From contig JAZSJG010000029.1 in NCBI GenBank assembly GCA_045534215.1, forward strand, positions 1-41,498: a stretch of DNA of 41,498 nucleotides. The letters are read 5' to 3'. Position numbers and translations under genes: made by a program. The stretch comes from Eubacteriales bacterium. GTDB lineage: Bacteria; Bacillota; Clostridia; Oscillospirales; CAG-272. Shown here piece after piece: positions 1-8,194 of the stretch. A model generated the notes under the pieces. That model was not told the DNA's origin and made no database searches. It saw only the letters and a program-made list of their open reading frames with translations. Positions within the stretch are counted from its first letter, which is position 1. Every line of letters starts with the position of its first letter.

Positions 1-141
1 GCAAAGCTTGCCGAATATATGACAAATGTAAATTCCGCTAATGCAGATATTGAAGCAATGAGCGGTGTAGTTTGCTCGGTAAGAACGAATAAGGTTGCAG
101 CTGCAGTGCTCGCTGTAATCAAGAGCTTATTTAGCAAATAA
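1..141 (+). CDS. 3' end of an upstream gene (partial, unknown product)
   Basis: Frame 1 is open from base 1 (AKLAEYMTNVNSANADIEAMSGVVCSVRTNKVAAAVLAVIKSLFSK) to TAA at 139-141, immediately followed by the RBS of the next gene. Confidence 0.7.
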   Translation, partial: AKLAEYMTNVNSANADIEAMSGVVCSVRTNKVAAAVLAVIKSLFSK

Positions 142-158
142 GGAAGGAGAATGAAATA

Positions 159-3100
159 ATGAAAAAGAATAATAAAAGATTAGTATCAATATTACTGTTG
201 TTTGCTTTCCTTATTTCTACACTTTCTGTTTTCACTTTCTTCAGCGCAGCTGAAGAAGAAGGAGAAGGTGGACTGGACGAGGATATACTTGTTCTTTATA
301 ACAGAACATTTGATGAGGGTTGGAACTACGAAAATGGTCTTACAACAAGTGAAAAGAAAACTCACAATTACAGCATTGACCATGAGGTAACGACTGATTA
401 TTCTTACAACTACTTCCTTCGTGCTGAAGCAGGAAGTACAACTGCAGGTTATGTATACTTTAACTTCGCAGGAAACTCAAACACAGCTTTGTCCGGCGGA
501 ACAGTAATAGAATTTTCAATCAAAGCAGATGATGTTTGTGCAGGTATGGGTAATATAATGACAGGTTATACCCGTCAGAAGAAAACAATCAATATTTTGA
601 GCATTAATGCGTTGGGAGAGCTCATTGCTTTCCCCTCCATTTCCGCAGCTAACTCGGCTACTAAATGTACACATGATTCCAGCACGATTGTTAACGGATA
701 TTGTGCTGCTTGTGACAAGTGCGATCACACTGTTACGGAGGGCAACACCTGTCTGGGATGCGGAGCTAACTGGGGCGTAAAGCTCGGAAAGATTGAAAAT
801 GAATGGCTTAATATAGCACTTCTCTTCGACTGGGGAGCACAGGGAATGCCTACTCCTCTTAAGTGTAAAATCCTTTGGGGTGAAAACTATGAGAACTCGG
901 CTGACGTTCAGTTCGGATATGATGTATTCGGAGATAAGGCGATTACTCAATTCCGTATGAACATTCCTGCCGGCACTGACGACTCTCATATCGGAAAGAG
1001 CTACTGCATTGATAATCTTTCTATTTATCAGAATGCAAAGGCGGCATTTGAAGAACCGCTTGATATCCCTGAGGATAATTACGGTCAGAGAGTTGACGCA
1101 AATGCTGTTAAGACAATAGAGATTCTTCAAGGAACTAACGTCAAAACGAAAAACCAGATACTAGAAGAAGCTTTGATTATGAAGCTTGGCGTCGGAAATG
1201 CACTGGTTGCTAACGAGAAAACCTATATCGCAGAAAAGTACGGTATTCCCGTGCTTAATAGCGGTAACGTGATGATACCCCTTGAATTGCTTCTTGATTA
1301 TATCGGATATCCTTATTATTTGCATCCGGACGGTAAGTCTTACGACATCACCACAGGTACAAGTATAACTAATATTACACTCGGTCGTGACAATGCTGCT
1401 GTTGATAATCAGAAAATTGATTTGAGCGCAGTTCCCGGTGTTATTACAAATGCAGATAAAGCATATTCGGTAATTGCTCTTGAAGACGTAGAAAAACTTT
1501 TCCCAGGTATGCTCACTGTTTATGACGATATGGGACTTATTGTAATTTACGAGGATGTAACCCGTGATGATGATTCGGACAACGAAGATATCGTTAACAG
1601 AACAGATGACCTTGATTTGATGCTTGACTTCATGAAGAAGTTCCTTTTCGACACGGTTGAAGAGGCGAAGCTGACAAACTCTTACGTTTCCACAGGTAAT
1701 AAAATTTACGAAAACGTAAAGGCGCACACTAACGATTTTTCACATCCCTACATACTTACAAATCAGAGCACGTTCGATTCCTTGAAGGCAGCATACGCTT
1801 CCGGAGAAAATGAAGCGCTTAAAGCAAACCTTCAGAAGATAGTGGACGATGCTAATGCAAATTATGAAAAGTATGCAAAGGTTGAAGGCGGTCAGTACAA
1901 GGGTATTAAGGACGGCATGACTCCCGTAAACGTATACAGTGACTTCACTGTTTCGGACACTAACCCGGATGATACTCCTGACGGATACGATCCTGTTGCA
2001 GGAAGACTTGAGATTGTTGTTGATTACACAGAATGGCTTCCCAATCTTGCATTTGCATATCAAATCACCGGCGACAAGAAGTACGCACAGCTTGCATATG
2101 ATTGGTGTGTTGCTCTTGCTGATTGGACACACTGGGGTCCCGGTTATTTCACAGACTGCGCTGAAGCAACCGCCAACATAGCTATTACTTATGACTGGCT
2201 CTATAATATATTCAAGGAAATAGGCAATCCTGAGCTCATCGCACAGGGAATTTATGCACTTGGTGTTCACGACGGTTATGTTTCCGCGAGCGGTAAGGTT
2301 TGCGAGCACGCAAGATCTCTTGGAGACCAGAGTGGTTATACAACCCTTTCCACAAGCTCCAACGCAGTTGGTTCTGCCGGCATGATTATAGGTTCAATGG
2401 CTATATTTGATTACCTTGAGCTTAACGAAAAGGAAAAGTCGGAAGCAATCTTCCTTTTAGGAAATAACTTAATTAATATTGGTAAGTATGGTCTTGATCA
2501 ATATGCGCCTGACGGTTCATATATTGAATCAGCAACATATTGGAACTACGGTACTAACTATTTCTTCAAGCTTGTTATGGCTCTTATGAGCGCAACGGGG
2601 GACGATTACGGTCTTATGGATACTTGGGGAATTGAGACAACCTGCTACTATGCAGTGCATATCGAAAATTCCGACGGTTACGTATGGAACTATCACGATG
2701 GCGGCGGAGACGGTGTCACAACAGGTGAGCTTTCTACAATTGATTCCTCGATGTTCTTCTTCGTTGGTTCTTACTATTCGGACTCCGCTCTTATAGCTAT
2801 TCGTCAGAATCAGCTTGCAGCCGGAAAGCCCGGTAAGGTAATATCCATATACGACCTTCTCTATTATCCTACAGAGCAGTATGAAGCTCCCGAGCTTCCT
2901 CTCACTTACTACATGCCCGGTATTGATGCTTTCGTATCAAGATCCGATTGGGAAGAGGGTGCAAGATACGTAGGTCTTATGGGCGGCCAGAATGATGCAA
3001 GTCACGGACATCTTGACTCGGGTAACTTCATTTATCAGGATAACGGAATATTCTGGTTTATGGACCTTGGAAGTGAAAACTACAACGTTTACGATTACTT

Positions 3101-4127
3101 CGGTGTTAACAGATATAAGCACTACAGAGTAAGCGCAGAGGGACATAACGTAGTTATTCTTGAAGGTAATGATATTGTAATTAATTACGGTCAGTACCCT
3201 GATTCCAGAGGTGTTATGACAACTCCGTATACTAATGAGTACGGTTCATATGCAATCGTTGATAATACAAACGTTTACTTCGGTAACGCAAGTGCTGCTA
3301 CAAGAGGTATGCTTGTAACCAACAACGGTAATACCATTGTTCTTCAGGATGAGCTTGACTGTAACGTTAACATTAATATGATAAAGTGGGTTGCTCATAC
3401 CGCAGCTACATCTATTCAAATTGATGAAACTGGAAAATTTGCTTATCTTTCTGCTACAGATAAAGACGGAAATGAAAGAATACTCAGAGCGGCTCTTGTA
3501 ACTCCCGGTACTTACAGTGAACTTAAGTTTACCTTCGAGCAGGATACGGAAACTCCCTTGCTTTCAAGTACATATGTTACTGAAGATTCTGTAAACTTGG
3601 GCGGTGAGCGCGAGTACGGACGTGTTGGCGTAAAACGTCTTATCATTGAGTCTACAACAACTATGTCCCTTAAGGTTGCGGTAGTTCTTGAGTATGTTGA
3701 GAGTGTAGGCGACACAAGCAACGTAGGTTACACATGGGCAGCTATGAACTCATGGAAGCCCGTTGAGAGCACAGATAACTCTGTTCAGGTTGATACAACT
3801 AAAAGACAGGGCGTTTACAAGGGTGATATAAAGACCAGCACCAACATAGCTAACACCCTTATCGGTAATGCGGATACATTTAACGATGCCGCTTCTCTTA
3901 AGAAGCTTTATAACGCTCTTACAACGGTTCAGTACACTCTTGATTATTATGAGTATGACAGAACTACAATACCCACAGCTTATGCAAAGGATTACAACAC
4001 ATTTAGCGGATGTAAAGAGTCCTACGACGAATTCGTTGATTACGTTAAGGTTAACGTAACTAATATGAATAGTATTATAACAAATCTTTACGGCGCAACT
4101 GTTGAGTCAGAAACAGAAGCTGAGTAA
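159..4127 (+). CDS. Large secreted modular protein: signal peptide, putative carbohydrate-binding beta domain, copper-amine-oxidase N-terminal (stalk)-like domain, heparinase II/III-like polysaccharide lyase module
   Basis: AAGGAG RBS; basic+hydrophobic N-terminus ending SAA; stalk-like segment (PVLNSGNVMIPLELLLDYIG...LTLGRDNAAVD); lyase-like motifs LAFAYQITGDKKYA, PDGSYIESATYWNYG, HGHLDSGNF, AEGHN. Confidence 0.7.
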   Translation: MKKNNKRLVSILLLFAFLISTLSVFTFFSAAEEEGEGGLDEDILVLYNRTFDEGWNYENGLTTSEKKTHNYSIDHEVTTDYSYNYFLRAEAGSTTAGYVYFNFAGNSNTALSGGTVIEFSIKADDVCAGMGNIMTGYTRQKKTINILSINALGELIAFPSISAANSATKCTHDSSTIVNGYCAACDKCDHTVTEGNTCLGCGANWGVKLGKIENEWLNIALLFDWGAQGMPTPLKCKILWGENYENSADVQFGYDVFGDKAITQFRMNIPAGTDDSHIGKSYCIDNLSIYQNAKAAFEEPLDIPEDNYGQRVDANAVKTIEILQGTNVKTKNQILEEALIMKLGVGNALVANEKTYIAEKYGIPVLNSGNVMIPLELLLDYIGYPYYLHPDGKSYDITTGTSITNITLGRDNAAVDNQKIDLSAVPGVITNADKAYSVIALEDVEKLFPGMLTVYDDMGLIVIYEDVTRDDDSDNEDIVNRTDDLDLMLDFMKKFLFDTVEEAKLTNSYVSTGNKIYENVKAHTNDFSHPYILTNQSTFDSLKAAYASGENEALKANLQKIVDDANANYEKYAKVEGGQYKGIKDGMTPVNVYSDFTVSDTNPDDTPDGYDPVAGRLEIVVDYTEWLPNLAFAYQITGDKKYAQLAYDWCVALADWTHWGPGYFTDCAEATANIAITYDWLYNIFKEIGNPELIAQGIYALGVHDGYVSASGKVCEHARSLGDQSGYTTLSTSSNAVGSAGMIIGSMAIFDYLELNEKEKSEAIFLLGNNLINIGKYGLDQYAPDGSYIESATYWNYGTNYFFKLVMALMSATGDDYGLMDTWGIETTCYYAVHIENSDGYVWNYHDGGGDGVTTGELSTIDSSMFFFVGSYYSDSALIAIRQNQLAAGKPGKVISIYDLLYYPTEQYEAPELPLTYYMPGIDAFVSRSDWEEGARYVGLMGGQNDASHGHLDSGNFIYQDNGIFWFMDLGSENYNVYDYFGVNRYKHYRVSAEGHNVVILEGNDIVINYGQYPDSRGVMTTPYTNEYGSYAIVDNTNVYFGNASAATRGMLVTNNGNTIVLQDELDCNVNINMIKWVAHTAATSIQIDETGKFAYLSATDKDGNERILRAALVTPGTYSELKFTFEQDTETPLLSSTYVTEDSVNLGGEREYGRVGVKRLIIESTTTMSLKVAVVLEYVESVGDTSNVGYTWAAMNSWKPVESTDNSVQVDTTKRQGVYKGDIKTSTNIANTLIGNADTFNDAASLKKLYNALTTVQYTLDYYEYDRTTIPTAYAKDYNTFSGCKESYDEFVDYVKVNVTNMNSIITNLYGATVESETEAE

Positions 4128-4142
4128 ATATTAAAAAGATTG

Positions 4143-4172
4143 CGGCGCTCTTTGTTTGGGGAGCGCCGTTTT
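4143..4172 (+). terminator. Rho-independent terminator
   Basis: CGGCGCTC...GAGCGCCG stem followed by TTTT, 15 nt after the stop. Confidence 0.8.
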
Positions 4173-4331
4173 CATTAAAACGGGAATAGTTAATCTATAC
4201 TGAAAATATAAAACAAATAGTGAAAAGCATTAAAATTTTATATATAGTAATTCATACAATGAAAAACTGTACAAAATTAAAAAAACAGGAAGCGAAATAT
4301 TAATATAAAACGACGAAAATTTTAAAAAAAC

Positions 4332-4360
4332 TTGAATTTACTTAACTAAAGTTATATAAT
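4332..4360 (+). promoter_or_regulatory. SigA-type promoter of serC-serA with HisR/YerC-like operator (4334-4353) in the spacer
   Basis: TTGAAT-17bp-TATAAT; GAATTTACTTAACTAAAGTT contains TTTA-N6-TAAAGT. Confidence 0.7.
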
Positions 4361-4406
4361 TTATAACATATAGTATAATTAATAAATTAATTTTAAGGAG
4401 ATGCTT

Positions 4407-5492
4407 ATGAAAAGAGTTTATAATTTTTCTGCAGGACCGTCAATGCTTCCACTTTCAGTGCTTGAAAAAGCTGCAAGCGAGATGGTAAATTATGGTGATA
4501 GCGGTATGTCCGTTATGGAAATGAGCCACCGCTCCCCTGTATATGATGCAATAATAACTGAGGCGGAAAAGCTGCTTCGCGAGGTTATGAATATTCCCGA
4601 TAATTATAAAGTGCTTTTCTTGCAGGGAGGTGCTTCTACTCAGTTCGCGGCAGTTCCGCTTAACCTTATGAATAAAAACAAGAAAGCAGATTATATCGTT
4701 TCAGGTCAGTTTTCCGGCAAGGCATATAAAGAAGCTGCGAAATACGGTGATGTAGCTCTTGCTGCAACAAGCAAAGATGCAAACTTTACATTTGTTCCCA
4801 AAACCGATAAAGCTTCTTTCAGACCTGATGCAGATTACGTGCACATATGCTTTAATAACACTATATACGGAACAAAATTCCCATACATTCCAGATACCGG
4901 TGATATTCCGCTCGTTGCAGACATGTCTTCCTGCATACTTTCGGAGCCGGTTGACGTAAGCCGCTTTGGGCTTATATATGCCGGTGCTCAGAAAAATATG
5001 GCTCCCGCAGGACTTACTGTTGTTATAGTACGTGATGACCTTATAGGTAATGCCCGTGCTGACATACCGACAATGCTCGATTATTCTGTTATGGCAGAGA
5101 ACAATTCTATGTATAATACACCCCCGTGTTACTGCATTTATGTAGCAAAGCTCGTTTACGAATGGATTATTTCTATCGGCGGACTTTCAAAAATGAAAGA
5201 GCTTAACGAAAAAAAGGCAGCTTTGCTTTATGATTATCTTGACAGCCAGGATTATTATATTGCTCCGGTTGAGAAGGAATGCCGTTCTATGATGAATGTA
5301 ACCTTCGTTACAGGTGACGCGGAGCTTGATAAAAAATTTGCTAAAGAAGCAGATATGGCAGGTCTTAAGAATCTTAAAGGACACAGGTCTGTTGGCGGTA
5401 TGCGTGCTTCAATTTACAATGCTATGCCATATGAGGGCGTAGAGGCACTTGTTGAATTTATGAAGGATTTCGCAAAGAAAAACCCCAAATAA
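4407..5492 (+). CDS. serC: Phosphoserine aminotransferase
   Basis: RVYNFSAGPSMLP, MEMSHRS, YAGAQKN (PLP Lys), GHRSVGGMRASIYNA; start moved to ATG 4407 for RBS spacing. Confidence 0.97.
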   Translation: MKRVYNFSAGPSMLPLSVLEKAASEMVNYGDSGMSVMEMSHRSPVYDAIITEAEKLLREVMNIPDNYKVLFLQGGASTQFAAVPLNLMNKNKKADYIVSGQFSGKAYKEAAKYGDVALAATSKDANFTFVPKTDKASFRPDADYVHICFNNTIYGTKFPYIPDTGDIPLVADMSSCILSEPVDVSRFGLIYAGAQKNMAPAGLTVVIVRDDLIGNARADIPTMLDYSVMAENNSMYNTPPCYCIYVAKLVYEWIISIGGLSKMKELNEKKAALLYDYLDSQDYYIAPVEKECRSMMNVTFVTGDAELDKKFAKEADMAGLKNLKGHRSVGGMRASIYNAMPYEGVEALVEFMKDFAKKNPK

Positions 5493-5512
5493 TTCTAAAA
5501 AGGAGATTACAA

Positions 5513-6676
5513 ATGAAAAATATAAAGCTCATGAATAAAATTGCTGAGGTTGGAACTCAGGTTTTTGATTCTCAAAAATATAACGTTTCACAGAACGTTG
5601 AAAATCCTGATGCTATATTAGTTCGTTCCGCTTCACTTCACGATATGGAATTTCCCGAAACGCTTTGTGCTATTGCAAGAGCAGGTGCGGGTGTAAATAA
5701 TATCCCTGTTGATAAATGTACGGAAAAGGGAATTGTAGTATTCAATACTCCCGGTGCTAATGCAAACGGTGTAAAGGAACTTGCTATATGTGCTCTTGTT
5801 TTAGCTTCTCGCGACGTCGTAGGCGGTGTTAATTGGGCTGAGGGTCTTAACGGACAGAGCGGTGTTGCGAAGCTTGTGGAAGCAGGAAAGAGTGCATACG
5901 TCGGCACAGAGCTTCTTGGAAAGAAGCTTGGAGTTATAGGTCTTGGTGCAATAGGAGGCATGGTTGCGAACGCTGCAAACGCGCTCGGTATGAACGTTAT
6001 GGGATATGACCCATATATTACTCCGGCAGCAGCTTGGAGTCTTGCTCCTGCAATAAAACAGGCATCCGGATATGATGAAATTTTCAAAACCTGTGATTAC
6101 ATCACCTTGCACGTGCCCGCAACTCCCACCACGAAAAACATGATTTGCGAAAAAACACTTTCCACAATGAAGGACGGTGTAAGAATTATAAATCTTGCAC
6201 GTGCAGACCTGGTTAATGCTCTCGATATAAAAGCAGCGATTGAAAGCGGTAAGGTCGCAAAGTACGTTACCGACTTTCCTACCGATGATACCGTAGGCGT
6301 TAATGGAATTGTTAATATACCTCACCTTGGAGCTTCTACATATGAATCTGAAGACCACTGTGCAGTTATGGCTTCAAAGGAACTCAAAAACTATCTTGAA
6401 TGCGGTAATATTAAAAACAGTGTAAATTTCCCAAGTGTTGCTATTCCCCATACAATGCTCTCCAGAGTTTGCGTAATGCATAAGAATATTCCTAACATGC
6501 TCTCACAAATAACCGCCGCTTTCTCAAGTGTTAAGATTAACATTGAGAATCTTGCCAGCGGTTCGAAGGGCGAAATAGCATATACGATACTCGAAACAAA
6601 CGACACTCCTAACGATATGACGGTAAAAGCAGTAATGCAAATAGACGGCGTTTTTGGAGTGAAATGCTATCAATAA
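5513..6676 (+). CDS. serA: D-3-phosphoglycerate dehydrogenase with C-terminal ACT domain
   Basis: ARAGAGVNNIP, NTPGANAN, GVIGLGAIG Rossmann motif, PHLGAST, ACT HKNIPNML; follows serC. Confidence 0.93.
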   Translation: MKNIKLMNKIAEVGTQVFDSQKYNVSQNVENPDAILVRSASLHDMEFPETLCAIARAGAGVNNIPVDKCTEKGIVVFNTPGANANGVKELAICALVLASRDVVGGVNWAEGLNGQSGVAKLVEAGKSAYVGTELLGKKLGVIGLGAIGGMVANAANALGMNVMGYDPYITPAAAWSLAPAIKQASGYDEIFKTCDYITLHVPATPTTKNMICEKTLSTMKDGVRIINLARADLVNALDIKAAIESGKVAKYVTDFPTDDTVGVNGIVNIPHLGASTYESEDHCAVMASKELKNYLECGNIKNSVNFPSVAIPHTMLSRVCVMHKNIPNMLSQITAAFSSVKINIENLASGSKGEIAYTILETNDTPNDMTVKAVMQIDGVFGVKCYQ

Positions 6677-6703
6677 TTTGACACGCCACCCCGCATAAGA
6701 CAG

Positions 6704-6759
6704 CAAAGCACACCAAAATGCAAACAATTGTTTTTGTTTTGGTGTGCTTTGGATTTTTT
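6704..6759 (+). terminator. Long stem-loop / terminator after serA
   Basis: CAAAGCACACCAAAA...TTTTGGTGTGCTTTG inverted repeat followed by a T run. Confidence 0.7.
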
Positions 6760-6810
6760 GAATATACAAAGATTTTCAACTCAGTTCTTTAGCAAAATGT
6801 AAAATAACTA

Positions 6811-6839
6811 TTGACTTGGCTAAACTACTGTGGTATGAT
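6811..6839 (+). promoter_or_regulatory. SigA-type promoter of ilvE (extended -10)
   Basis: TTGACT-17bp-TATGAT with TG one base upstream of the -10. Confidence 0.7.
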
Positions 6840-6880
6840 ACGAAATATAGAATATTTTGATTGCTTTTTGGAGAAAAACT

Positions 6881-7942
6881 ATGGATATCAAGGTGATTGA
6901 AAAAGAAAATCCGAGCACCATGCAAAATGAGGCGGAGCTTGGCTTCGGTAAATTTTTTACAGACCATATGTTTGTTATGGAATATGAAGACGGCAAAGGA
7001 TGGATTAACCCGCGTATAGAGCCGTTCGGATACATTTCACTGCACCCTGCCTCTACCGTGTTGCATTACGGTGCTGAAATCTTTGAGGGATTGAAGGTTT
7101 ATCGAACCGAAAGGGGAGATATACGCCTTTTTCGTCCAATGGAAAATATTAAACGCTTAAACAATTCTGCGCAGCGCATGTGCATGCCCGTTATTGACGA
7201 GGATATGGCTCTTGAAATTCTCGAGACGTACGTTCGCCATGAAGAAAGATGGGTTCCAAAATCATTTGGCAGCTCCCTTTACTTGCGTCCGTTCATGATA
7301 GGCAACGACGAAACTCTCGGTGTTCACACGATAAAACGTGCCATCTTTATGATAATCGCTTCTCCCAGCGGCAGTTATTACAAGGAGGGCATAAACCCTG
7401 TAAAAATTATGATTGAGGACGAGGATGTAAGGACTGTAAGAGGCGGCACGGGTACGGCTAAGTGCGGCGGAAACTACGGTGCTTCCACCAGAGCCGGTGA
7501 GAGAGCAAACAAGAAGGGATACTCGCAGGTCCTTTGGCTTGACGGCGTCGAGCGCAAGTACATAGAGGAAGTCGGCGCGATGAACGTTATGTTCAAGATT
7601 AAAGGTGAAATAATAACACCCGCACTTACCGGGTCTATCCTTCCCGGTATTACAAGGAAGAGTTGCATAGATGTTTTGCGTTCTCTTGGTTACAAGGTTA
7701 CAGAGCGTTTGCTTTCCGTAGATGAGCTCATCGATGCTCTCAAGACAGGAGAGCTTGAGGAGGCATGGGGATGTGGAACTGCCGCTGTAGTTTCTCCAAT
7801 CGGGCGACTCATGTATAAGGACGTCGAGTACGTAATAAATGAAGAGAAGATAGGCGAGGTTGCTCAAAAGCTCTATGATATTCTGACAGGAATTCAATGG
7901 GGAAGAATAGAGGATGACTTCGGCTGGGTTCATTCCCTTTGA
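6881..7942 (+). CDS. ilvE: Branched-chain amino acid aminotransferase
   Basis: LGFGKFFTDHM, LHYGAEIFEGLK, AKCGGNY, EEVGAMN, ILPGITR, GTAAVVSP; start at ATG 6881 after GGAG. Confidence 0.96.
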   Translation: MDIKVIEKENPSTMQNEAELGFGKFFTDHMFVMEYEDGKGWINPRIEPFGYISLHPASTVLHYGAEIFEGLKVYRTERGDIRLFRPMENIKRLNNSAQRMCMPVIDEDMALEILETYVRHEERWVPKSFGSSLYLRPFMIGNDETLGVHTIKRAIFMIIASPSGSYYKEGINPVKIMIEDEDVRTVRGGTGTAKCGGNYGASTRAGERANKKGYSQVLWLDGVERKYIEEVGAMNVMFKIKGEIITPALTGSILPGITRKSCIDVLRSLGYKVTERLLSVDELIDALKTGELEEAWGCGTAAVVSPIGRLMYKDVEYVINEEKIGEVAQKLYDILTGIQWGRIEDDFGWVHSL

Positions 7943-7970
7943 TTTTTGATTAATAACAATAAAAGTTTTT

Positions 7971-8010
7971 GCTCCGAATTGTGCAAAATGAACACAATTC
8001 GGAGCTTTTT
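7971..8010 (+). terminator. Rho-independent terminator after ilvE
   Basis: GCTCCGAATTGTG...CACAATTCGGAGC followed by TTTTT. Confidence 0.85.
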
Positions 8011-8013
8011 ATT

Positions 8014-8038
8014 TGGTTTAGTTCTCTAAAGTGCTAAA
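8014..8038 (+). promoter_or_regulatory. HisR/YerC-like operator upstream of the leuA-ilv promoter
   Basis: TGGTTTAGTTCTCTAAAGTGCTAAA: TTTA-N6-TAAAGTG plus 8-bp-shifted CTAAA; shares TAAAGTGCTAAA exactly with the site before the his operon. Confidence 0.6.
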
Positions 8039-8062
8039 AATTTTTATTTTGTGCGCAAAATA

Positions 8063-8091
8063 TTGACAAAGCTATTCAAGTATAATAAAAT
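8063..8091 (+). promoter_or_regulatory. SigA-type promoter of the leuA-ilv-leu operon
   Basis: TTGACA-17bp-TAAAAT. Confidence 0.65.
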
Positions 8092-8194
8092 ATTATATTA
8101 TATATTGCGCGAACCGTAACAAAAATGCGTGAGCGATGCGCTTTAATATATCATCGCTTACTTTGGAGAAGTAATTTTGCCGAGAGGATAAATA

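Noticed and set aside
6786-6840. HisR-like operator at the ilvE promoter
   Set aside because: CTTTAGCAAAATGTAAAAT has an 8-bp rather than 6-bp spacer, and the promoter-overlapping alignment has about six mismatches
8092-8194. T-box or classical leucine attenuator before leuA
   Set aside because: Too short, no T-box UGGN-ACC antiterminator, no U-tailed terminator and no run of Leu codons
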